A stretch of DNA of 59,306 nucleotides, filler included. It is 6 parts of 6 records of this genome, joined end to end, with 100 filler letters (N's around TTAATTAATTAA, not from the genome) between each part and the next. Parts side by side here need not be neighbours in the genome. Positions count along the whole stretch, not along the records: positions 37,620 to 44,913 come from DRR723986_17884; positions 45,014 to 52,805 come from DRR723986_17885; 4 more parts are not named here. One strand, 5' to 3'. Below, piece after piece: positions 39,802 through 49,333 of this stretch. Both the position numbers and the translations under genes were made by a program. Below the pieces are notes generated by a model. The model saw only the letters and a program-made list of their open reading frames with translations. It was not told the origin of the DNA and made no database searches. Within the stretch, counting starts at the first letter, position 1; every line of letters begins with the position of its first letter.

Positions 39802-41213
39802 GGCAGCAGGTCCTTGAGCCGGAACTGGGCAATTCGTTCCACCTGGCGGCAGGCTTCCTCGAATTCCGTCGCCCGGTCGTTGTCAATCCGGCGCTGGAAG
39901 GCAGCCATGATCGAGGCCTTGTCATGATCGCGCACCGCGATGATGAACGGGAAACCGTGTTTTTCGACGTAGGTATTGTTCAGCCGGGTAAAGGTCTCGC
40001 GTTCCTCGTCGGTCAGCATGTCGAGACCGGCGCTGGCCTGCTCGTTGGTGCTTTCCGCCGTGAGGCGGCCTGCCTGTGCCAGCTTTCCGGCCAGATCCGG
40101 GTGGGCAGTCAGAACGCCGAGGCGCTCTTCCTCGCTTGCGGAGCGGAACATGCGGCACAGCGCGTTGTGAACACCGGCGGCACAGTCATGAGCCGGGCCG
40201 AGTTCCAGCTCGAAGGCACGTTCTGCGATCCAGGGGGAGTGCTCGAAGATGCCGCCGAAGGTTTTGACGAACTCGGCTTTTTCCATACGGCTGGGGCGAA
40301 GACTCTTCTGCGGCGGGTGTGTCTTGGCCCAATGGTCTGCGATCTCGATGCGGCGCGGACACCAGACGCCTTCATGAGCCTGGATATGATCGATGAACTT
40401 CTTCAGCGCCATGATCTTGCCCGGACGGCCGACGAGGCGGCAATGCAGGCCGATGGACATCATCTTCGGCGTGTCCGTCGTGCCTTCCTCATAAAGCATG
40501 TCGAAGGCGTTCTTCAGATAGAGGAAGAAATCTTCTCCATCCGTCCATCCCGGTGCCGTCGCGAAGCGCATGTCGTTGGCTTCCAGCGTATAGGGAATGA
40601 TCAGCTGATCACGGCCATCGGAATCCAGCCAATAGGGCAGATCATCATCATAGGTGTCTGAAATATAGGCAAAACCGCCCTCCTCGGCGACGAGGCGAAC
40701 GGTGTTTTCCGAGCAACGGCCCGTGTACCAGCCGAGCGGGCGACTGCCGACCACTTCCGTGTGCAGGCGGATCGCCTCGGCAATGGCCGCACGTTCCTCT
40801 GCTTCGGGCATATCCTTGTGTTCGACCCACTTCAGGCCATGGCTGGCGATTTCCCAACCAGCGTCCTTCATTGCCTGTACCTGTTCCGGGCTGCGGGCCA
40901 AAGCGGAAGCGACACCATAGATGGTCAGCGGAATATCGGCCCGCGTAAACAGCCGGTGCAGGCGCCAGAAACCGGCGCGGGCGCCGTATTCATAGATGGA
41001 TTCCATGTTCCAGTGACGCTTGCCCTGCCACTGGGCGGCACCCGGAATATCGGACAGGAACGCCTCGGACGCCGCATCGCCATGCAGCACGCAATTCTCG
41101 CCGCCTTCCTCGTAATTCAACACGAACTGGACAGCGACCCTGGCCCCGCCTGGCCACTTTGGATCCGGCGGGTTCTGACCATAGCCACGCATGTTCCGGG
41201 AATAGCGATTCAA
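39798..41213 (-). CDS. puuE: Allantoinase PuuE fused to OHCU decarboxylase (UraD)
   Basis: NYEEGGEN, YEYGARAGFWR, SHGLKW, GWYTGR; C-terminal FEHSPW, AHPDLAG, FGFP-like HGFPFIIAVR; TTG start 41213 with GAGGAG RBS. Confidence 0.92.
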   Translation of the reverse strand: MNRYSRNMRGYGQNPPDPKWPGGARVAVQFVLNYEEGGENCVLHGDAASEAFLSDIPGAAQWQGKRHWNMESIYEYGARAGFWRLHRLFTRADIPLTIYGVASALARSPEQVQAMKDAGWEIASHGLKWVEHKDMPEAEERAAIAEAIRLHTEVVGSRPLGWYTGRCSENTVRLVAEEGGFAYISDTYDDDLPYWLDSDGRDQLIIPYTLEANDMRFATAPGWTDGEDFFLYLKNAFDMLYEEGTTDTPKMMSIGLHCRLVGRPGKIMALKKFIDHIQAHEGVWCPRRIEIADHWAKTHPPQKSLRPSRMEKAEFVKTFGGIFEHSPWIAERAFELELGPAHDCAAGVHNALCRMFRSASEEERLGVLTAHPDLAGKLAQAGRLTAESTNEQASAGLDMLTDEERETFTRLNNTYVEKHGFPFIIAVRDHDKASIMAAFQRRIDNDRATEFEEACRQVERIAQFRLKDLLP

Positions 41214-41418
41214 GACGGACCTCCTCGTGATACCAACGTGTTTTGAACCAAGCAAAGACTATGCCTCATTCAAGGGCTGGCATGTTGTCTTCTTATAAAA
41301 CAGAATAATGGACATGACTTTCTCGTCTTTTTAGAAAGTGCTTCCTGTGAACCACGGGTGCCCTTCGATTGAGGCCCACAGCATCATGCGCGCAAACTGA
41401 CATTTGGAGGAGGCCAAG

Positions 41419-41772
41419 ATGGCCGGTTACCTGACGACTCACGTGCTCGACACCGCCCGGGGTTGCCCTGGAAAAGGCATCAAGATCGATCTTTATGCAA
41501 TCGATGGTGACAACAGGACCTACGTCCGCAGCCTGGAAACCAACGACGACGGCCGCACCAACAGCCCGATCCTGCCGAAAGACGAATTCAAGACCGGAAC
41601 CTACGAGCTGGTGTTCCATGTAGGTGCCTATTTCGACGCCGCAGGAATCGCTTTGCCGGACCCGAAGTTTCTCGACACGGTGCCGCTGCGGTTCGGCATG
41701 TCGGAAGAAGCCCACTACCACGTGCCGCTTCTGGTCTCGCCGTTCAGCTATTCGACCTACCGGGGGAGTTGA
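41419..41772 (+). CDS. uraH: 5-hydroxyisourate hydrolase
   Basis: LTTHVLD, DGRT, HYHVPLL, C-terminal YRGS. Confidence 0.96.
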   Translation: MAGYLTTHVLDTARGCPGKGIKIDLYAIDGDNRTYVRSLETNDDGRTNSPILPKDEFKTGTYELVFHVGAYFDAAGIALPDPKFLDTVPLRFGMSEEAHYHVPLLVSPFSYSTYRGS

Positions 41773-41777
41773 GGCTT

Positions 41778-42374
41778 CTATCGAGACCCGCCAATCACAA
41801 CGAGCGGAGGCGGAGCCACCAGACCGGGCTGACCAGGAACTGTGGTTCGGGATTGCGAGACGCGGTTGGGAGTTGCTTTAGTCAACTTGCCCCATGACGT
41901 CCTTTTTGTCCTGAAGGTGCCTGAATAGTTGATCGAAAACTTGTTGGCGATCCGCTGTGCGATCCGGCCAAAGCTGCGTTCCGGGCTGTAAAAACTATAC
42001 AAACTGAAACTCTCGCTCAAACCCGGAGCGCCATCGTCCGACCCGGAAAAGCTGTAACGCCAGTCACCTGCCTGCATCTTGCCTTTAATCCGGCTACGTC
42101 CCAGCAGGAAGGGTCCGTTAGGCGCCACATACGTTACAGATTCTAGCCGAACAATAAGATCATGCGCAGGAGCGTTCGGGCTCAGTTGGCGGTTGATGTC
42201 GTTTGCCACAGCCTGAAGTTTCGCTCTGAGCTGAGCAGCGGCTATTGGCGCAAAAGGACCTCCACCAGGCTCTACGATAACTCGATTGATGCGATAGGCC
42301 TGACCACCAGTCTGTTGATGCTGACACGCAACGACACTCAGCAGAAGAAAAAATACCAAAAAAATACGCGCCAT
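41778..42374 (-). CDS. Hypothetical lipoprotein
   Basis: MARIFLVFFLLLSVVAC lipobox; open 198-aa frame; no family recognised. Confidence 0.6.
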   Translation of the reverse strand: MARIFLVFFLLLSVVACQHQQTGGQAYRINRVIVEPGGGPFAPIAAAQLRAKLQAVANDINRQLSPNAPAHDLIVRLESVTYVAPNGPFLLGRSRIKGKMQAGDWRYSFSGSDDGAPGLSESFSLYSFYSPERSFGRIAQRIANKFSINYSGTFRTKRTSWGKLTKATPNRVSQSRTTVPGQPGLVAPPPLVVIGGSR

Positions 42375-42476
42375 GACTCTATTGTATCTCAGTTGCTGGA
42401 AAGTTTGGCGACAACCTATGATATTAGAGTTTTCAAACGCGTTAATCGCCAGAAGTTGGCGCCACACAAAATAGGG

Positions 42477-43778
42477 TCAATCAGGAAGACCCGGCTCAGA
42501 TTCCTTCTTCATGATAATCTCCCGATGCGGATACGGGATGCCGACGTTGTTTTCCTTGAAGGTGTCCCAAAGCGCCAGCAACACCTTGCCGCGTACGTTG
42601 GTGAGGCCCTGTTGCGGATCGCGGATCCAGAAGCGCAGGACGAAGTCGAGCGAACTGTCGCCGAAGCCCGTAAGCCAGCAGACCGGACGGCGGGAGCCTT
42701 CCACCCGGCCGACCGTCATTGCCGCTTCGATGGCAAGCTTCGAAACTTCATGCGGGTCGGCGTCGTAGGAGACGCCGAAATTGACGTCGAGGCGGACAAG
42801 TTCGTCGCTGAAGGACCAGTTGATCACACGGTGGGTGATGAAGTCCTCGTTCGGGATCAGATATTCGCGTCCGTCCCGCGTTACCACGGAAACGAAGCGG
42901 GCGCGCAACTCGCGGATCCAGCCGAACGTGCCCTCCAGCGAGATGGTGTCGCCGGGTTTGATCGACTTGTCGAGCAGGATGATAATGCCGGAAATGAAGT
43001 TGGAAATGACCTTCTGCAGGCCGAACCCGAGACCGAGGCCGACCGCCCCGGTAAAGACGGTGAAGGCGGAGAGATCGATACCGACCGAGGAAAGCGCAAC
43101 CGTTCCGGCCACCAGGATCAGCCCGAACTTGGCGACCTTGCCGATCAACACGCGGATCGACGGGGTCAGCTCATCCGACTTTTGTACCTGCTCATCGAAA
43201 TAGCGCCCGAGGACCACCGCGACCCAGACGGTTGCAAACAGCAAGAGAACCGCCTTCAGGATCAGCAGCAAGGACAACCGCATCTCGCCGAGCGGCAATG
43301 CCAGACTGTCGAGGAAGGTGCCGGCCTCGTCGTCAAAGCCCAGAATGACCAGCGCAACATAGATCCAGGCGAGCCAGCTGAGCGTTCTTGCCACCAGCCG
43401 GTTGCGGATAACCCTCGACAGAACCGAGACAAACAGCCAGGCGAGCGACAGCGACAGGGCGATCGCGATGAAATGGCTCCGGCTCGGCCAGGTGACGCTG
43501 CGCATCACCGTAAGCGCAATGAACAGGAACAGGCTGAAGAAGATCCACTCGATCCGCCGGAGCAGGGCCACCACCACACGAAGCAAGCCCGGATGGCCTC
43601 TGATTTCACGTGCACGGGCTTCAAGCCTCGGCTCGACGCGAAGGCTCAGCAGCTTGGCCAGGCCGAACAGAACTACGATGATGGCGAGCTGATAGGCAAA
43701 CCAGGGCGCAGTCAGGTAGCTGAGAGCCAGCGTGGCCCAGGATTGAAGTTCGGCAACGAAACTTTCGAGGTTCATCAA
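42477..43778 (-). CDS. Mechanosensitive ion channel (MscS family)
   Basis: GAVGLGLGFGLQ, NFISGIIIL, IPNEDFIT, FGDSSLDF, IPYPHRE. Confidence 0.95.
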   Translation of the reverse strand: MMNLESFVAELQSWATLALSYLTAPWFAYQLAIIVVLFGLAKLLSLRVEPRLEARAREIRGHPGLLRVVVALLRRIEWIFFSLFLFIALTVMRSVTWPSRSHFIAIALSLSLAWLFVSVLSRVIRNRLVARTLSWLAWIYVALVILGFDDEAGTFLDSLALPLGEMRLSLLLILKAVLLLFATVWVAVVLGRYFDEQVQKSDELTPSIRVLIGKVAKFGLILVAGTVALSSVGIDLSAFTVFTGAVGLGLGFGLQKVISNFISGIIILLDKSIKPGDTISLEGTFGWIRELRARFVSVVTRDGREYLIPNEDFITHRVINWSFSDELVRLDVNFGVSYDADPHEVSKLAIEAAMTVGRVEGSRRPVCWLTGFGDSSLDFVLRFWIRDPQQGLTNVRGKVLLALWDTFKENNVGIPYPHREIIMKKESEPGLPD

Positions 43779-43915
43779 ACCACCCGTCCGTCTGTTTCCC
43801 GTCGAAGCATCAACAGCTTAACAGCATTCCTGGCCCGCGGCCAAGGCGGCTGCAAAACGCGTGCTTCTTCGAGAAGGATACGGCGCGGCCTTGCAGGTGG
43901 TTCACACAGGCGGCT

Positions 43916-44686
43916 TTAGCTGGCGCTGTCGATCTCCAGCTCAGCGCGGAAACGGGACACCCAGTTGGCATTGGTGGCATCTGCCAGTTTGGCAACGCCG
44001 GGCACGACACCCTCCGCTGCTGACGCTTCCAGGCCGAGCCGTTGAAGAACCAGTCTCAGTGTGGCCTGCGGATCTGCCGAAAGCGCGTCATAGGTAATCC
44101 GAAGTGGGGAAATACCCTGGATTTCGAACCAGGCTTGCCAGTCGCGGTCAAACCGGGTGAAGCGATCGTGACAGGCGCGGATTTCAGCGGCGTCATATTG
44201 CAATTCGCGCGGTTCCGACAATCGCTCGAGCTCGGTGCCGTCCGGAGCCCTGTGCCAGAGGCCGGATTGCTCGGCGCGAACGAAGGAAACCGCCTGGTCG
44301 ATCTTGTCAGCACGGGTCAGGTGAATGAACAGCGTCTTGCCGAAGGCTGCTTCAAGACGCGTCAGATCGCTCGAACCGTCCGGATAAAGGACGGCCAGCT
44401 GTTTCATGAAGAAATCGAAGCTGTGCCGCTGCAGCCGCAGGCCAAAAAGACCTTTGCTCCGCGTGCCCTCTTCGATTGCTGCCGCAAAGATGCGGCGCAG
44501 TGTCGCCTGCTCGTTTTCCCCCGGCACAACACCGACATTCAGGTCCTCAAGCCAATCTTCCTGGGACGGCTCGTGAAAATAGGAGCCCGGATGCCCGGAA
44601 ACACCCGTCGCCGCCAGAAGCTTGCAGAGCAGCGTGCTACCGCTACGGGGGGAGGTGCACAGGATGTAGGACGAGTAGCCGATCAT
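43916..44686 (-). CDS. Stf0/LpsS-family sulfotransferase
   Basis: PAPS loops TSPRSGSTLL and RADKIDQAVSF; GLWH, ITYDAL, KLAD. Confidence 0.88.
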   Translation of the reverse strand: MIGYSSYILCTSPRSGSTLLCKLLAATGVSGHPGSYFHEPSQEDWLEDLNVGVVPGENEQATLRRIFAAAIEEGTRSKGLFGLRLQRHSFDFFMKQLAVLYPDGSSDLTRLEAAFGKTLFIHLTRADKIDQAVSFVRAEQSGLWHRAPDGTELERLSEPRELQYDAAEIRACHDRFTRFDRDWQAWFEIQGISPLRITYDALSADPQATLRLVLQRLGLEASAAEGVVPGVAKLADATNANWVSRFRAELEIDSAS

Positions 44687-44913
44687 GAGGTGTTCATTTC
44701 AAGGATCGAAGACAGGTGCAAGACACCTGAAGCAATGCGCGGGAATTGCACCGGACATAGGCTTAAATTGCGACGTATTTTCGCCAAGGGGTGTCTGGCG
44801 AGTAACACTCTGTCCGTGAATTTTCCAGAGAGGATCGCTCATCCCGAGGTTGGCCGATGCCTCGAACTATTGGCGGCAAATCCGGAGCAAGCGGCCCATC
44901 CTTCGAGACAGCG

Positions 44914-45013
44914 NNNNNNNNNNNNNNNNNNNNNNNNNNNNNNNNNNNNNNNNNNNNTTAATTAATTAANNNNNNNNNNNNNNNNNNNNNNNNNNNNNNN
45001 NNNNNNNNNNNNN
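44914..45013. other. Artificial contig linker
   Basis: 44 N + TTAATTAATTAA + 44 N. Confidence 0.99.
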
Positions 45014-45199
45014 ATTGATCAACCGAGATGGACATTAAAACTCTGCTCTTTTCTGCCAAAATAGCCAAAGCGGCATCAGAACCAAACTGCTCCAAGCCGA
45101 AGTCGGCACTCTAACGTCACCTAAGCCAAAAGCAATCTCAATTCGTTGCAGAAACAAGATATCTGCGGCTTATGCAGCTTAAAAATGAAAAGAAACAGG

Positions 45200-46120
45200 T
45201 TACAAGAACCGCAACAATGACAATTGATTGAGAGAACTAATAGCCTGATAGGAAGCTTCAAGTGCTACCTGGTTTTTGTTTAGGTTGGTAACAGCCTCTG
45301 CAATATTGACATCTTCCAGGTCGGCAATGAATGTCTCTAGAAATAACACCGAATCTTTATGCTGTTCGTTGATCACCTCTAGCCGCTCGTAAGCAAGACC
45401 ATTAGAGACATGATCGCGCCGCAGCCCTTCAATTTCAGACGAAAGTGTCTGCAAGCGGCTTTGCAAAAAGTCGAATTGTGCCTGATCAATCTCTCCCTCA
45501 AAGGGCGTTAGCTGATGCTGGTCATAAAGCGCCTTCATTTCATCAAAAATACCTGTGGCAAGGTCACTTGCCAAAAGACCAAACTCCAAATTTACACCGT
45601 CTGCAATTCGGGCTTCAAACGCGATGGGGGCATTGTCAAAAACATCTGCCGTGGTTGGAGCAGCAGACAACTCTGCGAGCGAGTTAACATTCACCGGTTT
45701 CGTGCCAGTTTCAGCACCTGAGAACAAATAAGTTCCGTCAAAATTTGTATTCAGTGCGTTCACAGTAAACCGAAAGGTTTGTTCTAGAAGTTCCTCAAAG
45801 CCTTGCGCTTGGCCATTCGCCAAAATAGTTTGCATATTTGCTTTCAGGTCTTCCATACCGTCCAGCATACCACCAACCTGAACATCGTTCGCATCCAGCT
45901 TTCCGCGAATGGTCGTGATAGTATTTTCATAGCTTTCGATGCGTGTTTTGAAAGAGCGCGCCCCAAGAATAGTACTGGTCTCACCCGCCAAGCCTTTAAA
46001 GTCATCAGCTTTCTTGCCTGTGGACACCTGTCTTTGATCCTCAAACAACCGGGACTGATTATCAATAATATTGCGCACCAAAAGCTGTTGCTGGCCAATA
46101 CTGGATACTCTTCCAACCAT
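45200..46120 (-). CDS. flgL: Flagellar hook-associated protein 3
   Basis: QVSTGKK, LNTNFDGTYLFSG, LEDVNIAEA..LSLLRFL; directly downstream of flgK. Confidence 0.88.
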   Translation of the reverse strand: MVGRVSSIGQQQLLVRNIIDNQSRLFEDQRQVSTGKKADDFKGLAGETSTILGARSFKTRIESYENTITTIRGKLDANDVQVGGMLDGMEDLKANMQTILANGQAQGFEELLEQTFRFTVNALNTNFDGTYLFSGAETGTKPVNVNSLAELSAAPTTADVFDNAPIAFEARIADGVNLEFGLLASDLATGIFDEMKALYDQHQLTPFEGEIDQAQFDFLQSRLQTLSSEIEGLRRDHVSNGLAYERLEVINEQHKDSVLFLETFIADLEDVNIAEAVTNLNKNQVALEASYQAISSLNQLSLLRFL

Positions 46121-46131
46121 CTGTATACTCC

Positions 46132-48246
46132 CTAAACCGCATTCAGGAGCGAGTCGTATAGCTCCTGAACACTTGATAATATGCGCGCAGCGGCGTTGTA
46201 GGCATTCTGGAAAATCACCAAATTTGCCAACTCTTCATCCATATTTACGCCGGAAACATCTGCATTGCGCTGAAACACTTCCTGCTGCAATGCCTGGTTA
46301 TCTTCTTCAAAATTCTCAGCACGCTGGGCCATCAACCCGGCATTTCCCAAAATGCGGGCCATATACTGTGAAAGTGTCACATTGCCGGCCTTTAGTTCGC
46401 CCGCAGAACCAAACGCCACCAATTTTGTTTCAATGTTTTGTAAGGCCAAGGCGCCGCGCTGGTCACCACTGGTAAGCGCAACCGTGCCAATTGCAGCAGT
46501 GGCATCAAACGAGCCAAGGGCCAGCAAATTGGGGTCATTTTGAATTTCCTGCCGCACTTGCAAGTTACGCGCTGCATCCGCTGTAAAGCTATCCCCAATT
46601 CCAAAAATTCGTGTGAAACTCAGGCCCGTGCTACCGGTTTCCGTGGTATCGGACTGAACCTTCAAAGAAATGTCGTTGAAACCAGCATTTTCAGAATATG
46701 TTAGCGCGCCGTTCGCATCTAAAGCGAAACTAAAATAAGCACCAAGTCCAGAAACATTATTCAGCTCGGCAATCATGTCATCAAATGTAGTGCCTGTAAC
46801 ATTTACTGACACCGTGTCAATTTCACTGCCACGGCTGTCAGTAATTTGAAAACCCATCACGCCACCAGCCGCCAATTGGTGGTCTTCGGTGCCGTTCAGT
46901 CCCGTTTGGTATACTCCCGGCCTGTCAGCGGTGATTAGGTTATTCATTCCAAAGAAATGACTAAAGCCTCTGCCCGCACGGTTACTAGGCGCGGCTTCGT
47001 CATCAAAAATAACCACACCGTCTGTCGCGTTTGATGCTGTGAAGCTCATCACACCGTCTGTCAATGCGAGCGTTCCATTGCCAGCCAACGCTGTATTAAC
47101 CTGGGTAATCAACGCATTAAGGTCCGCAGGCGGTGCAGCATCAAAATCAACCGTTGTATTTGAAACCAGGCGATTTTGGTCATCTACTACCGCGAAAGAC
47201 ACCATACCAGTAAAGCTCGTCGGATGCGCGCCATCAGCCAGCGTGACTTCACCCTCTAGGCTATTTGGTGGCGGTACTGATACAAATGTATTTTGATTGG
47301 CGTTAAATTGATCGGCCATTTGAGCAGAAAGCTCGCCCACGGCTAAAGAAATATCAACCAGCTGTCGATCTCGCATCTCAATGAACCCGGCAATACGGCC
47401 AGATCGAATATTTGGGGTCAAATCTACGGATGAAGATGTCGCAGCCAAGGTGTCGCTATCAACGCGGTTGATTGTAACAGCCGGAAAAAACGTAGCTGAC
47501 GAAACAATGCCCGGCGCATTATAGGAAAGCTGTGACAAAGAGCTGTCAACCAAGGGATAGCCCGACTGTGTCGTAACAATTACCTGACCCGATTCTTCAC
47601 GGCTTATGCGAATATCAATATTTTCACTTAAACTTGCTAATGACTGAGCAAGCTGACCTTCAAGGCCACCCGCTTCTTGCCCCAGGGCCTTTTGGCGCAC
47701 AATTAAAGGATTAAGCGCGTCAATACGTTGCAGTTCTTCATTTATGGTTTGCACCGTCTCGCTTACCTGCTGGCTTGCCTCAGACCTTAAATTCTGAATT
47801 TGAACCTGGACCTCTTTCACTTGATCAAGAAAACTTTGTAATTCGCTTATGGTTTGCTGACGACGAAGCACATCAGCTGGGTTTAGGGTTAAGTCTGCAA
47901 TAGACGCGTAAAACTGGTCGAGGCGTGCCGCAAGCGAACTATCAGAGGCTGGGTCGCCCAAAATACCCTGAAACCTGTCATGGAACTCGCGCTGAGCAGA
48001 ATATTCTTCCGTGTTAGAAACAGACGTTCTAAGCGCGGTTTCCAAAAACTCGTCCACAACCCGTTCGATGGAAGCTACATTGACACCAGCAGAGGTTCCC
48101 TGAACCACCGCTGCTTCTGTATTAACCCGCACCCGCGCGTAATTTTCTGTATTAACGTTAGAGATATTATTCGCGGTTACCCGAATGGCTGATTGATTGG
48201 TAAAAAGACCGGACAACGATGTTGATATGATATTGTTAAGCGACAT
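46132..48246 (-). CDS. flgK: Flagellar hook-associated protein 1
   Basis: N-terminal ANNISNVNTENYAR; C-terminal SGVNMDEELANLVIFQNAYNAAARI. Confidence 0.95.
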   Translation of the reverse strand: MSLNNIISTSLSGLFTNQSAIRVTANNISNVNTENYARVRVNTEAAVVQGTSAGVNVASIERVVDEFLETALRTSVSNTEEYSAQREFHDRFQGILGDPASDSSLAARLDQFYASIADLTLNPADVLRRQQTISELQSFLDQVKEVQVQIQNLRSEASQQVSETVQTINEELQRIDALNPLIVRQKALGQEAGGLEGQLAQSLASLSENIDIRISREESGQVIVTTQSGYPLVDSSLSQLSYNAPGIVSSATFFPAVTINRVDSDTLAATSSSVDLTPNIRSGRIAGFIEMRDRQLVDISLAVGELSAQMADQFNANQNTFVSVPPPNSLEGEVTLADGAHPTSFTGMVSFAVVDDQNRLVSNTTVDFDAAPPADLNALITQVNTALAGNGTLALTDGVMSFTASNATDGVVIFDDEAAPSNRAGRGFSHFFGMNNLITADRPGVYQTGLNGTEDHQLAAGGVMGFQITDSRGSEIDTVSVNVTGTTFDDMIAELNNVSGLGAYFSFALDANGALTYSENAGFNDISLKVQSDTTETGSTGLSFTRIFGIGDSFTADAARNLQVRQEIQNDPNLLALGSFDATAAIGTVALTSGDQRGALALQNIETKLVAFGSAGELKAGNVTLSQYMARILGNAGLMAQRAENFEEDNQALQQEVFQRNADVSGVNMDEELANLVIFQNAYNAAARILSSVQELYDSLLNAV

Positions 48247-48461
48247 AAGTATTGCCCCTTTTTACAACTAAGCATATGGCAGCAATTGCCCACTCAGGCT
48301 TTGCATCCGGTAATTTCAGCATACGCGCCGCAGCCTTAAACCATATATAACTACGGCAAGGGAATTGTATTTTTTGTATTTTATTCAATATGTTAAAGAG
48401 TTTTTGCATATTGCTATATAATACCTATCAACGTTTTCATTTGTCTTGAACGTTGTTAAAT

Positions 48462-48479
48462 AAGCAAAGCCTGTGCCAA
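48462..48479 (-). promoter_or_regulatory. Sigma54 (-24/-12) promoter oriented toward flgK
   Basis: Minus strand reads TTGGCAC-AGGCT-TTGCTT. Confidence 0.8.
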
Positions 48480-48550
48480 GCAACGCCACTAGCACTTGGA
48501 AGAATTTTCTAAAGATTTTGGTTTGCTGAATTTTGTGTTTGTGTATAATA

Positions 48551-48565
48551 GAACAAAACAGGAAC
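48551..48565 (+). promoter_or_regulatory. Alphaproteobacterial LexA (SOS) box GAAC-N7-GAAC
   Basis: GAAC AAAACAG GAAC lies between TATAAT (48544-48549) and ATG 48571. Confidence 0.7.
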
Positions 48566-48570
48566 AAATT

Positions 48571-49116
48571 ATGCAAAACACACATGATATTTTGAAAAAG
48601 CTCGCCACAAAGCCAAGCGAAACACAGCTGTTGGACCCAGTTATTTTTGACAGTCAAAGCGCCCTTCGTAGCTATAGGTTTGTGCCGAGTAAGCAAACAC
48701 CAAAACCCAAAGACTTAAAACCGGCTTTTACCGATAACCGGTGCTTACCTGTTCGTGGGCGCGCCGAAGGCGGAAAAGATGGTAATTTCGTTATTGAAGA
48801 ACAGCCTATTGACTGGACGTATCGCCCTGCTGACTTGCAAGGGGTGAACGAGGCTTTTGCCGTTTTCGTTAGCGGCAACTCTATGCTGCCTAAATATAAA
48901 AACGGTGACCTTGTGTATGTGCACCCGGCCAAGGCGGTTACCAAACAACGCTATGCCCTTATTGAAACGACAGAGCATAAAGGCTTTATAAAACAGTTTA
49001 TTGGCTGGCATGATGATCATTTGATCGTGCACCAGTTTAATCCGGAGCAGGAAATTAAAATTCCGAAAGAGACTGTGTTGCGCCTGATGCTGGTGATCGG
49101 CAGCCTTGATTGCTGA
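48571..49116 (+). CDS. S24-family peptidase (LexA/CI/UmuD-like C-terminal domain) with no recognisable HTH
   Basis: LPVRGRAEGG, catalytic Ser in VSGNSMLP, catalytic Lys in GFIKQ, QFNP. Confidence 0.85.
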   Translation: MQNTHDILKKLATKPSETQLLDPVIFDSQSALRSYRFVPSKQTPKPKDLKPAFTDNRCLPVRGRAEGGKDGNFVIEEQPIDWTYRPADLQGVNEAFAVFVSGNSMLPKYKNGDLVYVHPAKAVTKQRYALIETTEHKGFIKQFIGWHDDHLIVHQFNPEQEIKIPKETVLRLMLVIGSLDC

Positions 49117-49123
49117 TTAGTGG

Positions 49124-49211
49124 TGGTACCCGCAGCCGGACTCGAACCGGCACGACCATAAAGGTCTCAAGATTTTAAGTCTTGTATGTCTACCAATTCC
49201 ATCATGCGGGC
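49124..49211 (-). tRNA. tRNA-Leu (anticodon TAA)
   Basis: GCCCGCATGATGGAATTGGTAGAC..CAAGA CT TAA AA TCTTG..long variable arm..GGTTCGAGTCC..TGCGGGT ACCA. Confidence 0.97.
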
Positions 49212-49240
49212 ATGCGTGATTTGGCTATTCAACTTCACGG

Positions 49241-49268
49241 GTTATAGCCTACGGGCGCACGAAAACAA
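49241..49268 (-). promoter_or_regulatory. Possible sigma70 promoter for tRNA-Leu
   Basis: Minus strand TTGTTT-N16-TATAAC, about 30 nt upstream of the tRNA. Confidence 0.4.
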
Positions 49269-49333
49269 TGGAAAAATCGACTAATTTTATTTTGTATGAG
49301 CTAACTGCAATTTTCAGAAGCAAGCACCACATT

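Noticed and set aside
39798..41213. PuuE-UraD fusion as a novelty
   Set aside because: This fusion is common in alphaproteobacterial purine catabolism clusters
49121..49126. Genomic CCACCA at the tRNA 3' end as a degradation tag
   Set aside because: That tag is added after transcription to tRNAs starting G1-G2 and this one starts G-C; the extra CCA is probably chance and trimmed
48571..49211. Prophage or integrated element at tRNA-Leu, suggested by the CI-like S24 gene at the tRNA 3' end
   Set aside because: No integrase, no duplicated tRNA 3' end seen, no other phage genes; flagellar genes follow directly
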